The notes: generated by a model not told the origin, from the letters alone. DNA of 64,000 nucleotides from an uncultured Gammaproteobacteria bacterium (GCA_964367355.1 CAYIWY010000003.1:36919-100918); one strand, 5' to 3'. Shown: positions 1 to 10,594, counted from the first letter of the stretch. Translations and numbers: made by a program.

Positions 1-2
1 TA

Positions 3-131
3 AGCCCAGATTATATCGATAAAGGCGCAAAAACAAGTTCACTTACCCATGTTGCACTAGAAACTTTTAGGGACTTACAAAGGAAACTTACGCTTCGTTA
101 TCAAAGAATGAAGCAGGGAACTTCTGGTTAA
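3..131 (+). CDS. 3' end of an upstream CDS (partial, unknown product)
   Basis: Open frame from the window edge to TAA at 129-131, 2 nt before the next ATG. Confidence 0.5.
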   Translation, partial: SPDYIDKGAKTSSLTHVALETFRDLQRKLTLRYQRMKQGTSG

Positions 132-133
132 TT

Positions 134-2779
134 ATGGAAGCTGCCGATCCGTTTTCCACAACTCTGAGCATTTTTGCAATAATATTTTTTATTGGGCTAC
201 TTGTTGTCATAATTGCAGCAGCAGTTTTTGCAGTTATCTACTGGAAGCGCTTTGTTAGTCGGGAGGAAAAATCTCTTGATTATATTCTGCTGAAAATAAA
301 ACCTCCAAAATATAACGAAATTAAAATTGAAGTGGCAGAGACACTTTTCAACGCCCTGCACGGTTTGCTGAGAACTGGAGTTTCCGGGTTGTTGAAAGGC
401 CAAGATCATTATTCTTTTGAGATCGTTTCGCAAAAAGGAGAAATATTTTTTTATTTAAGTATTCCAATGGCTGTCCGGGAAATCGCCGAAAAACAAATCC
501 ATAGTTTTTATTCAGATGCCGAGATTGAACTGGTACCGCATTATAATATTTTTTCGGCTGATAAATTTGTTGATATTGCTGAGTTATCACTGAAATCAGC
601 CGCTTACAAACCGATTTTACGGTTTCATCAATTACCTGAAGTTGATACGCTTAACTCCATTACGAGCGCGATGAGTCAGCTTGAAGCTGATGAATCAATA
701 GCAGTGCAAATCTTAGTTGCTCCGTCCAACGGGAGTTGGTCTGGTGCTGGACTACGGGCAATCCACAAAGCCCAAACTGCCAGTAGCGATAAATCTTTAC
801 TGGGGAACGTTTCGTTTAATAAGACAGTCATGAATCAAGAACAAAGTGTTGAATCTGCAGAAAAGCAGCCCGAAGCAAAAACCGATAGTGTGACAATGGA
901 TCCCTACAAAAAGATTGAGGAAAAATGTAGTAAACCCGGCTGGGAAAGTGTAATTAGAATAGTAGTTAGTGCCAACGATGAATTTAGTGCGAAAACTTAT
1001 ATAAAAAATATGGTCAGTGCTTTTGCCCAGTTTAATGATCCAACGGGAAATGGTTTTCGAAAAAGACGTTGGCCTTGGACTTTGACAAAAGGAACCTCAC
1101 TGAAAGAGTTTATTTACCGAATGATGCCCTTTTGGTTTGGAAAAATGATTTTAACATCCCCGGAGCTGGCGACAATTTTTCATCTTCCCAACAAGAATAT
1201 TACAACCCCAAATATCTCCTGGGCACTTACCAAGAAAGTTGCTGCACCAAGTTTGGTTCCAAAGGAAGGTCTTTATTTGGGGCTAAGTATCTTCCGTGGC
1301 CAAAAACAAAAAATCCACCTACTGGAAGATGATCGCCGCCGTCATATGTATGTCATCGGGCAAACCGGAACCGGAAAAAGTGAATTCCTCAAATTCATGG
1401 CAATTCAGGATATTAAAGAAGGAAAAGGCGTAGCGTTTATTGATCCGCATGGTAGTGCGGTTGAAGACATCCTGAATCAAATTCCCAAAGAGAGAGCTGA
1501 AGATGTGATTTATTTTGATGCCGGGGATACCGAGCGGCCAATGGGGTTAAACATTTTGGAAGCCTCTACTGACGAGCAGAAAAATCTAGTCGTCAACTCA
1601 TTTATCGCTTTGCTTTACAAGCTTTATGATCCGAAACGGACGGGGATTATGGGTCCCCGACTTGAGCGGGCGGTTCGTAACGTTATGCTGACAGCGATGG
1701 CTAAAGAAGGCAATACCTTGGTGGAAGTTTTACGTCTTTTGACCGACCAAAATTTTGTAAAAGAAACGCTTACCTATGTGACTGATCCTTTGGTGCGGCG
1801 ATACTGGACTGATGAAATTGCCCAAACTAGCGATTTTCATAAAAGTGAAACCATGGGTTACTTTGTTTCCAAATTCGATCGTTTTGTCACCGACACCTTA
1901 CTTCGAAATATTATTGGGCAATCAAAATCCGCTTTTGATTTTAGAAAAGTGATGGACGAAAAAAAGATTTTACTGGTCGATCTTTCCAAAGGCAAAGTTG
2001 GGGAAGAAAATTCAAACTTTTTGGGATTGATATTGGTCCCACGGTTGTTAATTGCCGCAATGAGCAGGGTCGATATGCCGGAAGAAGAGCGAGCAGATTT
2101 TTATCTTTATGTTGACGAGTTCCAAAATTTTGCTACCCCTGATTTTGCCCAAATTCTTTCTGAAGCCAGGAAGTATCGTTTGAGCTTGATTGTCGGCAAT
2201 CAGTTTATTGCTCAGATTGAAGAGACAATTCGAGAGGCAGTCTTTGGAAACGTTGGTAGTTTAATTTCTTTTCGAGTTGGGGTTGACGACGCAGCGTATT
2301 TGGAAAAACAATTTGAGCCGGTTTTTAAACAACAAGATTTGATTAATAATCCAATTGGTAATGCCTATGTGCGTTTGCTTGTTAAGGGGCAGCCAACCCC
2401 ACCATTCTCAATGGCAACTGATTGGGAAACCATGCAGCAGGTAAAGAGGAATTTGGAAGTGGGTAAAGCAATTCGGGGACTTTCAAGACTTCGTTTTGGA
2501 AGGGATAAAAAAATTGTTGAAGCGGAAATGGAGCGCCGATCTGGTTTGACGAAATCAACTCTGCAACCACCTGTATCTCCTCCAAAACCGGTTACTCCGC
2601 AACCAGTCGTTAATAACAACCCTCAACCTCTTCCCCAAGCAGACGTTGTTAGTGGCGACGTTGCGGTCTCAATAAATGCAGTTGGAAGCAGCGATCTTCC
2701 ACCCAATCCAAACCAGCTAGACACGAAAGCTACAATTATTCAGCCGGGAGGACCTGGGAAGAACGATGTCCAGTGGTGA
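134..2779 (+). CDS. VirD4/TraG/TraD-like coupling ATPase (HerA/FtsK superfamily), CPR type
   Basis: N-terminal TM helix, Walker A GQTGTGKS, IDPHG motif, Walker B LYVDEFQNF, SEARKY motif, Pro-rich tail. Confidence 0.85.
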   Translation: MEAADPFSTTLSIFAIIFFIGLLVVIIAAAVFAVIYWKRFVSREEKSLDYILLKIKPPKYNEIKIEVAETLFNALHGLLRTGVSGLLKGQDHYSFEIVSQKGEIFFYLSIPMAVREIAEKQIHSFYSDAEIELVPHYNIFSADKFVDIAELSLKSAAYKPILRFHQLPEVDTLNSITSAMSQLEADESIAVQILVAPSNGSWSGAGLRAIHKAQTASSDKSLLGNVSFNKTVMNQEQSVESAEKQPEAKTDSVTMDPYKKIEEKCSKPGWESVIRIVVSANDEFSAKTYIKNMVSAFAQFNDPTGNGFRKRRWPWTLTKGTSLKEFIYRMMPFWFGKMILTSPELATIFHLPNKNITTPNISWALTKKVAAPSLVPKEGLYLGLSIFRGQKQKIHLLEDDRRRHMYVIGQTGTGKSEFLKFMAIQDIKEGKGVAFIDPHGSAVEDILNQIPKERAEDVIYFDAGDTERPMGLNILEASTDEQKNLVVNSFIALLYKLYDPKRTGIMGPRLERAVRNVMLTAMAKEGNTLVEVLRLLTDQNFVKETLTYVTDPLVRRYWTDEIAQTSDFHKSETMGYFVSKFDRFVTDTLLRNIIGQSKSAFDFRKVMDEKKILLVDLSKGKVGEENSNFLGLILVPRLLIAAMSRVDMPEEERADFYLYVDEFQNFATPDFAQILSEARKYRLSLIVGNQFIAQIEETIREAVFGNVGSLISFRVGVDDAAYLEKQFEPVFKQQDLINNPIGNAYVRLLVKGQPTPPFSMATDWETMQQVKRNLEVGKAIRGLSRLRFGRDKKIVEAEMERRSGLTKSTLQPPVSPPKPVTPQPVVNNNPQPLPQADVVSGDVAVSINAVGSSDLPPNPNQLDTKATIIQPGGPGKNDVQW

Positions 2780-3701
2780 ACAACTAGGACCAAGTCAATC
2801 AGATCTAAATTTCCAACAAGGAGATTCTCCTAGTTTGGTAGAGGTACCGAAAGGAGAACCGGTAAGTAAACGCGATGAAGTTCTAGGCAAAATTGAAAAT
2901 ATTCTCAAAGTAGAGGACGAAGAAGTTTGGAAAAAAGGGAAGGACGCACTAATTAACGGGAGATTGAGTGAGTTGCTTGAAGAATCCCAACCAACAAGGA
3001 TTTCTTTAATTGATAAGAAAGTGCATCAAGGTTTTATTAACCCTGAATCTGATATTTACAGATCGTTGCTTGTTAGTCCGTTTAGAGTTGATGACAGAGA
3101 AATTTACTCAGAACTTTTAGAGTCAATGAGACAAATGCAACAAGGAGCTTGGAAAGGCAGGGAAGTCAGAGATATGGTACCGAGTGTTGTTGGATATACG
3201 GTTGGTAAATATTTTGGTAATCATGTCGGGTTAGGGGGAACAGAATCAAGAAACAAACAATTCTATTTTGACCACTCTGGAGTGGGTATCGATTATATAA
3301 GTTTGTCTGAACTTAAGGGTCAGAGTTTAGCTGTGTGTGCTGAGAAAGCAGCGGTTACCCAAAACTTACTTAGTTTTTTAGGCTATCAATCGGAATTGGT
3401 GGCTTCGACTGGTAATCAAATTGGAGAAGACTCACAAGTTAATCAGGATGGTCATATGTACAATGTAGTTTCTAGCGAACGGGGACATTTTATTTTTGAT
3501 ACAACCAACCCTGTCGAAGTAATTAATCAAGATAATAAGTTAGTTCACGTAAATCCGGCAACTTACCCAATTTCGGAGCAAGAATATTCTGATTTGATGC
3601 GTGGTGGTAAAGTTGAAGTAATCCACACTAATTTGAATTGGGATGGAACAGAAACTACTCCACGAGAAAGTAGTACCAGAGTTTACGCTGGTCCAAAATA
3701 G
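2766..3701 (+). CDS. Hypothetical protein with transglutaminase/papain-like Cys-His-Asp triad
   Basis: VCAEKAA...GHMYNV...IFDTTNP spacing; overlaps the ATPase stop. Confidence 0.55.
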   Translation: MSSGEQLGPSQSDLNFQQGDSPSLVEVPKGEPVSKRDEVLGKIENILKVEDEEVWKKGKDALINGRLSELLEESQPTRISLIDKKVHQGFINPESDIYRSLLVSPFRVDDREIYSELLESMRQMQQGAWKGREVRDMVPSVVGYTVGKYFGNHVGLGGTESRNKQFYFDHSGVGIDYISLSELKGQSLAVCAEKAAVTQNLLSFLGYQSELVASTGNQIGEDSQVNQDGHMYNVVSSERGHFIFDTTNPVEVINQDNKLVHVNPATYPISEQEYSDLMRGGKVEVIHTNLNWDGTETTPRESSTRVYAGPK

Positions 3702-3782
3702 ATATCTCTTACTGACGTAGACTTAATTAGTTAACGAGAATTTTAGAAATAGTTCTAAGCAGTTAATTGGCAAAAAGTATTT

Positions 3783-5135
3783 ATGGAAACGGAACCAAAT
3801 AGTTTAACAGAAGGACAACCTGCACCTAATAACGAAAACTCAAGTCCAGATTCAGTACAACCAAGTGCCGATATTGGAGCTAGTCTCGACAAGACTCGAA
3901 GCGATTCTGCGTTTGCCGCACAAATTAAAGATCAAGAAGAAAAGGACCGAAACCGAATTGCAGAATTGAGGAGTAGATTAGGTGTTGTTAATACACCAGA
4001 AAATAAAGCAGATTATGAAGAGCCGGTTACTAAACCTATTGAAAAGAGTCAAACAATCGAACCGACACAATTCGGTGTTGCTCATGTTCCGGGAGAGAAA
4101 TTACCGGAAGATCACCCACTAAACCAGCGGGAAAGCTTTAGTTATACAAAAGAGGGTCCCAAATTTACAGATGTATTAAGTGACTCAATAGATCGGGACA
4201 ATGTACTTTCTTCAAAAGAAAGTGATATTTACCCAAAACCTCCTATAAGGACTTTTACTGAAAGAGAAGGTTTGGCTGATTTAAATAAATTTTTAGACAA
4301 AACAATTGAATTAGCTACTCAAAAAGGTAATAAAAAGGTTGAAGAAACCGTCCGCGTTTTTAAAAGGGATTTAGTTTATATTGGTGAGCCCGAACTAAAA
4401 GAAGCCTTGCAAAGTATGGCGTCAGGGATTGTTTCTTCAGCTGAAAACGGCGAAAATGTTTATTTGTATATTTCTGGAAAAAGAAGTGAGCGTTATATCT
4501 CCTTAAGAATTTTGGAAGAGGTTGATCAACTAACTACTGAAAATTCACAACTGCGACAAAGGATTCATTTTTCTGAAAACCCAGCGGCAATTTCCAAGGC
4601 TTTGAAAGAGAGTGGAGGTCGCGGCAAAGCTATTGTCGTTGATGACTTTTCAGTTAGTGGTACGCGTATCGACGCTGCTGCCACAAATGCTTTTCGAGGT
4701 TTAGTTCAAGCTGGGTTTTCACCCGAAGAGGCAAGCAGAAGGATTGAAATTAATCTGATTGCTGACAAAACCAATCGAAGTAATCGGGGAGAAGGACATC
4801 ACGTTAGTGCTGCTATGACCGGAGAAAAGTTTGACTATCCGATTAAAACCTCGGCTTATTATGGAATTTCTGAGAGTCGAAAAAATGATGGTAGCTTAAA
4901 TGTCTTTACGGGGATGAGTGTTAGTGGAAGTCATAGTTCGACTGATTATGGATATGAAAATGTGCTAGACGAGTTTTGGCACTTTCAAATTGATAGCGGA
5001 GGAACTTCAAAAATGCCGCTGTTGCACAGTTTAAACAGGCCTTACGAAATGGAAGGTTACAGTGGGAATTATTACAAAGATAAGCAACTACAAGCAAGAT
5101 GGAACATGATAATGCACAAATATCAGCTTAGATAA
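3783..5135 (+). CDS. Hypothetical protein with phosphoribosyltransferase-like motif
   Basis: 450 aa; IVVDDFSVSGT resembles a PRPP-binding loop; long acidic disordered N-terminus. Confidence 0.5.
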   Translation: METEPNSLTEGQPAPNNENSSPDSVQPSADIGASLDKTRSDSAFAAQIKDQEEKDRNRIAELRSRLGVVNTPENKADYEEPVTKPIEKSQTIEPTQFGVAHVPGEKLPEDHPLNQRESFSYTKEGPKFTDVLSDSIDRDNVLSSKESDIYPKPPIRTFTEREGLADLNKFLDKTIELATQKGNKKVEETVRVFKRDLVYIGEPELKEALQSMASGIVSSAENGENVYLYISGKRSERYISLRILEEVDQLTTENSQLRQRIHFSENPAAISKALKESGGRGKAIVVDDFSVSGTRIDAAATNAFRGLVQAGFSPEEASRRIEINLIADKTNRSNRGEGHHVSAAMTGEKFDYPIKTSAYYGISESRKNDGSLNVFTGMSVSGSHSSTDYGYENVLDEFWHFQIDSGGTSKMPLLHSLNRPYEMEGYSGNYYKDKQLQARWNMIMHKYQLR

Positions 5136-5178
5136 TCTCAGTGCAGTTGAATATTAGTGGAGTAACCAACAGGTTAAA

Positions 5179-6396
5179 TTAAGTTGAAGAAGTTGGAGTT
5201 TTCAGCATTTCAAAAGGTTTGAGGAGATCTTTTTCGGTACCAACTCTGAGTTTTATTTCTGCTTCAGTCTCGAAATTTTTCGGGTTGTGTTCAAAATAGC
5301 TGGCTAAGTTTAAGCTTGAGCGTAGGGTACCTAGGGCAACAATTACTCTTCCTTCTTCCTCCCGACCTTCTCTAGCATACGAAGCAATCATTTCTTTATC
5401 AAACGCTTCCTGGAACACAGGATTGTTCCAAGCACGGGCCCGCATATTGCCAAAATCATAAGCAGCTGCAAGCACTTCGTTTTGACTTATTCCCGCCCAT
5501 TCGAAATCCAGTCCGATAAATTTGTCACTGGCAAGGCCATCGCCGAGAAAAATATTGTTGGGGGCAAAGTCACCGTGGACAACGTGCTCTCCTTTTCCCT
5601 GATTTCGCTCGATAACCGGGCTAACTTGTTCGAGTAGTTGATCGATTCTTTGCACTAGGTCTGGGGTCTTGGTTTTTTCCGCCATTAGAGCAGCAAATAC
5701 ATGTTTTTCGGGAGAAAAATCATCTTCCGTACCGCTCACTTGTCGCGAGAGAATTTTTACTAGATTGGCCCGAAAACCAATATAATCGCTAAAAGCGGCC
5801 TTCTTGTCCAGAACCGCCCTTACTTCCGGGGTTAGTTTTTCTTCCTGATGACTCAGATCTCTAATGGCTTTAACAGCTTCGATTGCGTGCTCAGCAGTCA
5901 ATTCCTTGCTATCCTCGATAGTATACAAAAAGCCGACACCCTCACCTTTTTGATACCAGTTCATAACTGCATACATTGGTCCTTGAGCCTCTTGTGTATT
6001 GGTGTCAAGAACTTCCGTTACCGGAAAGTCAGTCCGCTCGTCCAAATAGTCTTGAACTTTGATTTGGCGAATGAAAAATTCCTTATGCTTCGCTTCTTTG
6101 ACTTGGTCAGGATCTGGAAGCGGGGCTTTAAAGAATCTTTCTTTCAGTAGTAGGCGATTGTCGGTTTCGTTTTGGTCAAATTCAACAACATGGAGTCTCA
6201 TATATCTATCACCGTGAATCTGTGTGTTCCAATCGTCCTGTGAATAAAAAAGATGGTGTTTCTCCAGTATTTTTTTAATATCACTTTCCCATTTTTCCTT
6301 TTTAACTTCGAAGGGGGATTTTTCAATGGGAATGTATGTTTCCGAAGGTTTTGAAGAAGTGTTAGTCGGCTCTGGTTTTGGAGCTTCTTGAGCCAT
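5179..6396 (-). CDS. APH/choline-kinase-like phosphotransferase
   Basis: Brenner motif HGDFAPNN and DFEW. Confidence 0.7.
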   Translation of the reverse strand: MAQEAPKPEPTNTSSKPSETYIPIEKSPFEVKKEKWESDIKKILEKHHLFYSQDDWNTQIHGDRYMRLHVVEFDQNETDNRLLLKERFFKAPLPDPDQVKEAKHKEFFIRQIKVQDYLDERTDFPVTEVLDTNTQEAQGPMYAVMNWYQKGEGVGFLYTIEDSKELTAEHAIEAVKAIRDLSHQEEKLTPEVRAVLDKKAAFSDYIGFRANLVKILSRQVSGTEDDFSPEKHVFAALMAEKTKTPDLVQRIDQLLEQVSPVIERNQGKGEHVVHGDFAPNNIFLGDGLASDKFIGLDFEWAGISQNEVLAAAYDFGNMRARAWNNPVFQEAFDKEMIASYAREGREEEGRVIVALGTLRSSLNLASYFEHNPKNFETEAEIKLRVGTEKDLLKPFEMLKTPTSST

Positions 6397-6509
6397 TGGA
6401 GGTGGAGATTCGAGAACACTAGTTTCAGACCATTAACTAAATCATAGAGACCCTCTGGTCTGAAATCAACCTTTAGACCAGGTTCGAGATAAAAGTTGTT
6501 TAGTAGTAA

Positions 6510-6842
6510 CTAACTTGGGTTTTCGGGAAGGTTCTTCTCCTTAGCTTTTTCACGCTCGTAATCTGCCTCGAAAGTTTCAATAAAAGCATCTAGGGCTAGA
6601 TCGCCAATTTCCTCAACATTTTTGCCAGTTCGTTGTTCGTAAAGTTTTGCAATCAATAGATTGACCTCTTCCTCTTTTGCTGCTTCGATTTCAGCCAAAT
6701 CTTCTTCAGTCAAAGCAGCGATAATCTCCATATGAGCCTTTTGAGCAATAGTATTGTTGAGGTTTGTCACAAATTCACCAATTTGGTCTTCCTTCAAACC
6801 CTCTTTTTTCAAAATTTCCAAAACACTATCAAGTTTATTCAT
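6510..6842 (-). CDS. Small acidic helical hypothetical protein
   Basis: 110-aa ORF overlapping the stop of the upstream 826-aa gene. Confidence 0.7.
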   Translation of the reverse strand: MNKLDSVLEILKKEGLKEDQIGEFVTNLNNTIAQKAHMEIIAALTEEDLAEIEAAKEEEVNLLIAKLYEQRTGKNVEEIGDLALDAFIETFEADYEREKAKEKNLPENPS

Positions 6843-9315
6843 TAATTAGTTCCTCAGCGATTTCTTCAGATGCCCTTCTTTCAAAGAAATCAGTTATATC
6901 AGCAATATCGTTAAGCGAAAGAATCTTAAGTTTTTGGTTGACTGGAATCCAGTCTAAGCTAGTTTGCAGGTCATGAAACGCACCAGCATCACCACCTCGA
7001 GCGTGTTCTATTAAAGCGAGAACTTCTTGTTGGGTTGGAAAGTTGTTTGTGGCTAGACCAGATTCAACCATACGATTGTGCGTTTCAGCTAGCAGCTGAT
7101 GATTGGCAAGAATATGACCGCCAAAAAGATCTGCGTCAGCACTTGTCCAAGTAACTCTGTGCCCGTTATTTTGCAGGAGAGTTGAGACAGTATCTCCTTG
7201 ATGAATGTCGACCAAGTTACCAACATCTGCACTTGTCAAAGTATCGATCAGCGGGTTGGTATCAATACCAACTTCTGCCAAACGTCCAGCTTCATACAGC
7301 CGACCAACATCCGACCATTGTTCACTGGTGAGTGATGTAAAGGTTTTCCAGGCTTCAGGGTCCTGATGGATTCGATTAATCAGATCGATTTGATCTTGAG
7401 AAAGAGGTGGTAGACCTTCGGGTAAGGACGTTTCGAGATTACCTACATTAGGTGAATCTGGACCACCGTTTAGTTTATGCTCTACAAATTTATCAATATC
7501 GAAGAATTGATTGGTAATTCCTTGGGTAATTGCACCAACTTTCATCCCGGCGGAAAAACTTCGAATCCGTTCGTTGGCTTTACTGTATTTGAAAACTTTG
7601 TTTTGAAGTTCTTGGGTGAGTGTTTCAACGATCGGGTCGAAGGAATCTTTTTCGCTATAACCCATCCGGGACAATAAATCTTGGGAAATGCGGGTCATCT
7701 TTGTTTGGTATTCGGTTAAACCACTCGTTTTCAGAAGACGACTGGCTCGGTCGTATTGGTCTCTATAACTTCGAACGTCGATAGATTTAAGGCCCTCTTC
7801 ACTTAAATTGTTGACGTTTTGTCTAATGCTTCGCTCAATACCGCGAAGTCTTAGTGAGTTGACCCCGCTTGAAAGCAGATGCGTGACAGCGGTCGTTCCA
7901 ACTGAATTAATCAGGCTGCCGGCACCTGGAAGTACCAGATTAAGTGCGGTGTTGGTAGTGAAACCAGTGGCAATACCAGCTGCCCAGGCAACTTTGTCTT
8001 TGTCACGCCAATCAAAGTTATTGAGGTAGCGCTGCGCACTTTCATAAACAAAATTACCGCCTGGAGTTTTCAAAGCAACTGCGCGGGCAACTTCGGCAAC
8101 TTTTACTCTGGCAGTTTCGGCTACGGAGAAAATACGACTTGCATGAGACGGTTTATCTTTCTCTGATTCAGGTTCAGTAGGATCGCTATTCTTAACTTTA
8201 TCCACAAATTCCTTGATTTTACTATCAAGCTCGTCAGCTTTACCTGCTTGGCTTTCAGCCATCAACCGATCCATCTCAGAGGAAGTAAGTTGTACTTTTG
8301 AATCTGTATTGGCTTTTGGTTGTTCAGTTGGGGTTGTTGGATTAACTCCTTCAGGCCTTTCTTTAGGCGGATTTGCATTTTGTCTTTCGAGAAAACTGCG
8401 CGCGTATTCAATTTCTTGTTCGGGGGTGAGTAATATTTCCCGACCATCTCCAGTGGTATAAACTCTATATTTTTGTCCAAGCTCGTGTTCCCTTTGTTCG
8501 GAAAATCTTAAGTCCCCCAGCAGCTCACCCGAATGGGTTATTTCAGAGACTAGATTATGAGCTGAAGTTGTGAGTGGATCCTGGTCGATCTTTTCCGGTT
8601 CCGACAGAGTTTGTATTGAAGGGGGCTCTGCAGTTTCTGTTGTCGCAGCCACCAGTGCTTCTCGTTCAACTGCCTGTCTTTGTACCTCAGAGTTAATAAG
8701 ACTACTTAGATCTCCAGAAACATCTTCCGCTTGTCGGTGTTGGCTTTCATCTGGAGGTGCAATGGTTTGAGGAGATATTAAAGTTTCGACTTGACCAGGG
8801 TTGCTAGCGAAGTGTTCCATTGTTTCACGTGGTCCCAGAGCTTCTATTTCTTCAGGTGTAAGGCCTTGCTGGGGGAGAAGGATTGCTTTGGCAAATCTGA
8901 CTGCCTCGAGGTCGGCTTTGCCGGTTTGTCTGAAATTATTGACTGTGGTTTGAAATTCGGCTAACTCGTCCCTACGTTGGGAATTATTTTCCTTTCCCGA
9001 AGGTGGGGGGCCAGGAATTTCTGGGGTTTCGTCGTTTGGACTAGCAGAGTGTACAACTGATGTTTCTGGTCGAGCATCGATTCTGGTTGCATTTAGTCCA
9101 CTATGGCGTTCTAGCTCTTCCTGAGTTGGAAAATCAGTGATATTTGGTGGTCGTTCCCCTCCACCACGATGTAAGCGGTCTTGATCAGAACGGTCTGAAA
9201 TTTGTGCAGGATCAGCTCGAGAAGGAGCACGTTCTTGTACCTCGTTTTGGTTTGAGAAACTGTCCCCGCCAGAAGGAGCGTTTTCTGAAAAAGGAGAATT
9301 TTCGGCAGAATTCAT
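6835..9315 (-). CDS. Large hypothetical protein (acidic disordered N-half, Gly-rich hydrophobic hairpin, weak LysM-like motif)
   Basis: 826-aa ORF; AWAAGIATG...LPGAGSLINSVG segment; IHQGDTVSTLL. Confidence 0.7.
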   Translation of the reverse strand: MNSAENSPFSENAPSGGDSFSNQNEVQERAPSRADPAQISDRSDQDRLHRGGGERPPNITDFPTQEELERHSGLNATRIDARPETSVVHSASPNDETPEIPGPPPSGKENNSQRRDELAEFQTTVNNFRQTGKADLEAVRFAKAILLPQQGLTPEEIEALGPRETMEHFASNPGQVETLISPQTIAPPDESQHRQAEDVSGDLSSLINSEVQRQAVEREALVAATTETAEPPSIQTLSEPEKIDQDPLTTSAHNLVSEITHSGELLGDLRFSEQREHELGQKYRVYTTGDGREILLTPEQEIEYARSFLERQNANPPKERPEGVNPTTPTEQPKANTDSKVQLTSSEMDRLMAESQAGKADELDSKIKEFVDKVKNSDPTEPESEKDKPSHASRIFSVAETARVKVAEVARAVALKTPGGNFVYESAQRYLNNFDWRDKDKVAWAAGIATGFTTNTALNLVLPGAGSLINSVGTTAVTHLLSSGVNSLRLRGIERSIRQNVNNLSEEGLKSIDVRSYRDQYDRASRLLKTSGLTEYQTKMTRISQDLLSRMGYSEKDSFDPIVETLTQELQNKVFKYSKANERIRSFSAGMKVGAITQGITNQFFDIDKFVEHKLNGGPDSPNVGNLETSLPEGLPPLSQDQIDLINRIHQDPEAWKTFTSLTSEQWSDVGRLYEAGRLAEVGIDTNPLIDTLTSADVGNLVDIHQGDTVSTLLQNNGHRVTWTSADADLFGGHILANHQLLAETHNRMVESGLATNNFPTQQEVLALIEHARGGDAGAFHDLQTSLDWIPVNQKLKILSLNDIADITDFFERRASEEIAEELINE

Positions 9316-9383
9316 TGTTGAGTAAATTATATGCGAGTTTAGCTTAGCTCGTCAAACAAATAGTAAAGTCAGGATTTTGGGAT

Positions 9384-9644
9384 TTATCTTTGCTTGTAAA
9401 CTTCTTTCCTGTGGGCAACCGTAACCACCAAGATTAGTAATTCTTTTTTAAATATTTCGTAGAGAATTCTATAGACCCCGACCCTTAGAGATCGAAGATG
9501 ACCAAGTGGTGGGTCTAATTTTTTTCCTGCCAAAGGGTTTGTTGATAGAGCGTCTATGGAGTACTTGATGGCTTTTTGGTAACGAGGGTCTATTTTAGCG
9601 AGCTGTTTTTTTACCTTAGAATCAATCTGTATCTTATACATCAA
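9384..9644 (-). CDS. RelE/ParE family toxin
   Basis: GKKL..LRSLRVGVYRILY..VAHRKEVY; overlaps the antitoxin stop. Confidence 0.9.
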   Translation of the reverse strand: MMYKIQIDSKVKKQLAKIDPRYQKAIKYSIDALSTNPLAGKKLDPPLGHLRSLRVGVYRILYEIFKKELLILVVTVAHRKEVYKQR

Positions 9645-9910
9645 AGATTAAGTTCTTCTTTAACCTGTTCCCAAGGAATAGCTTTACCTTCTCGAAATTC
9701 TTTCTCTGCTTGGCGAATATCTTTCATCAATTGCTCATCAGAAAGAATTTCAAGTGTTTCCTTCCAACCGTCAAATTCGTCAACCGACATAATGATGGCA
9801 CGAGGTTTGCCATTCTTAGTAATTTCTATTTGTTCGAACTTATTATTGACTTCATCAACAAGTTCGGTAAGTTTTTCTCGAGCTTCTGTTACTGGTAAGG
9901 TTCTTCTCAT
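9641..9910 (-). CDS. Phd/YefM family antitoxin
   Basis: VTEAREKL..IEITKNGKPRA..ETLEILSD. Confidence 0.9.
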   Translation of the reverse strand: MRRTLPVTEAREKLTELVDEVNNKFEQIEITKNGKPRAIIMSVDEFDGWKETLEILSDEQLMKDIRQAEKEFREGKAIPWEQVKEELNL

Positions 9911-9917
9911 AACTAGT

Positions 9918-9948
9918 AAACTTTACATAATTGTGTAAAGTTTGTCAA
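9918..9948 (-). promoter_or_regulatory. TA promoter with inverted-repeat operator
   Basis: aaactttaca..tgtaaagttt inverted repeat next to TTGACA on the minus strand. Confidence 0.6.
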
Positions 9949-9961
9949 CAGAAAATTTAAT

Positions 9962-10033
9962 CTAGCTTTTATGCTGCGGAGCACCGACCAATCCGCATTT
10001 TTTGAAGCGTTGTTTTAATGGTACAACATTAGA
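9962..10033 (-). repeat. Displaced secA 3' end, copy A (FKKCGLVGAPQHKS*), plus TTTAATG-N6-CATTAGA site
   Basis: Minus-strand translation resembles the SEC-C tail; same junction layout as copies B and C. Confidence 0.7.
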
Positions 10034-10080
10034 GTAACTCACCCATTGACAAATTGTACACAAAGTAGTACAAATTATGT

Positions 10081-10335
10081 ATGAGTGACTTAATATCTAT
10101 CTCCGATGCACGAACCAATCTTCCCGACCTTGTTACTAAGGTTAGTAACAATATGAGTAGGGTAATAATTACTGTTAACGGCAAGCCCAGAGCTACCCTT
10201 GTGAGTTCCGAAGAGTTAGAATCCCTTGAGGAAACAGCAGAAATTCTTTCTATTCCAGGTGCAAAGAAAAGTATTACGGAAGGCTTGAAACAGGCAAAAA
10301 AGGGACAAGGTATTTCTCTAAGCCAGTTAAAATAA
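10081..10335 (+). CDS. Phd/YefM family antitoxin
   Basis: ISDARTNL..ITVNGKP..LEETAEILS. Confidence 0.9.
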   Translation: MSDLISISDARTNLPDLVTKVSNNMSRVIITVNGKPRATLVSSEELESLEETAEILSIPGAKKSITEGLKQAKKGQGISLSQLK

Positions 10336-10339
10336 GCTT

Positions 10340-10588
10340 ATGGAAGTTATTATTACTCCAAAGGCTAGTAAGCTCTACAATCAAATTCCCAAAACTGAAC
10401 AACTTAAAATCAAAAAGAAACTTCTTGTACTTGATCATAATCCCTTTGATGGTAAGAAGCTTTCTGGAAATTTCTCAGGGTTAAGATCCTTGAGAGTATG
10501 GCCATATAGAATAATTTATTACGTCGACGAAAAGTTAAAGAAAGTATTTGTTGTTACAATTGCCCATCGACAAGGTGTGTACGAATAA
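10340..10588 (+). CDS. RelE/ParE family toxin
   Basis: GKKLSG..RSLRVWPYRIIY..IAHRQGVY. Confidence 0.9.
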   Translation: MEVIITPKASKLYNQIPKTEQLKIKKKLLVLDHNPFDGKKLSGNFSGLRSLRVWPYRIIYYVDEKLKKVFVVTIAHRQGVYE

Positions 10589-10594
10589 ATACTG

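Noticed and set aside
9919-9943. ACTTTACATAA matches an XerD arm
   Set aside because: It is half of a palindrome inside the phd promoter, better explained as an antitoxin operator; no XerC-like arm is present.
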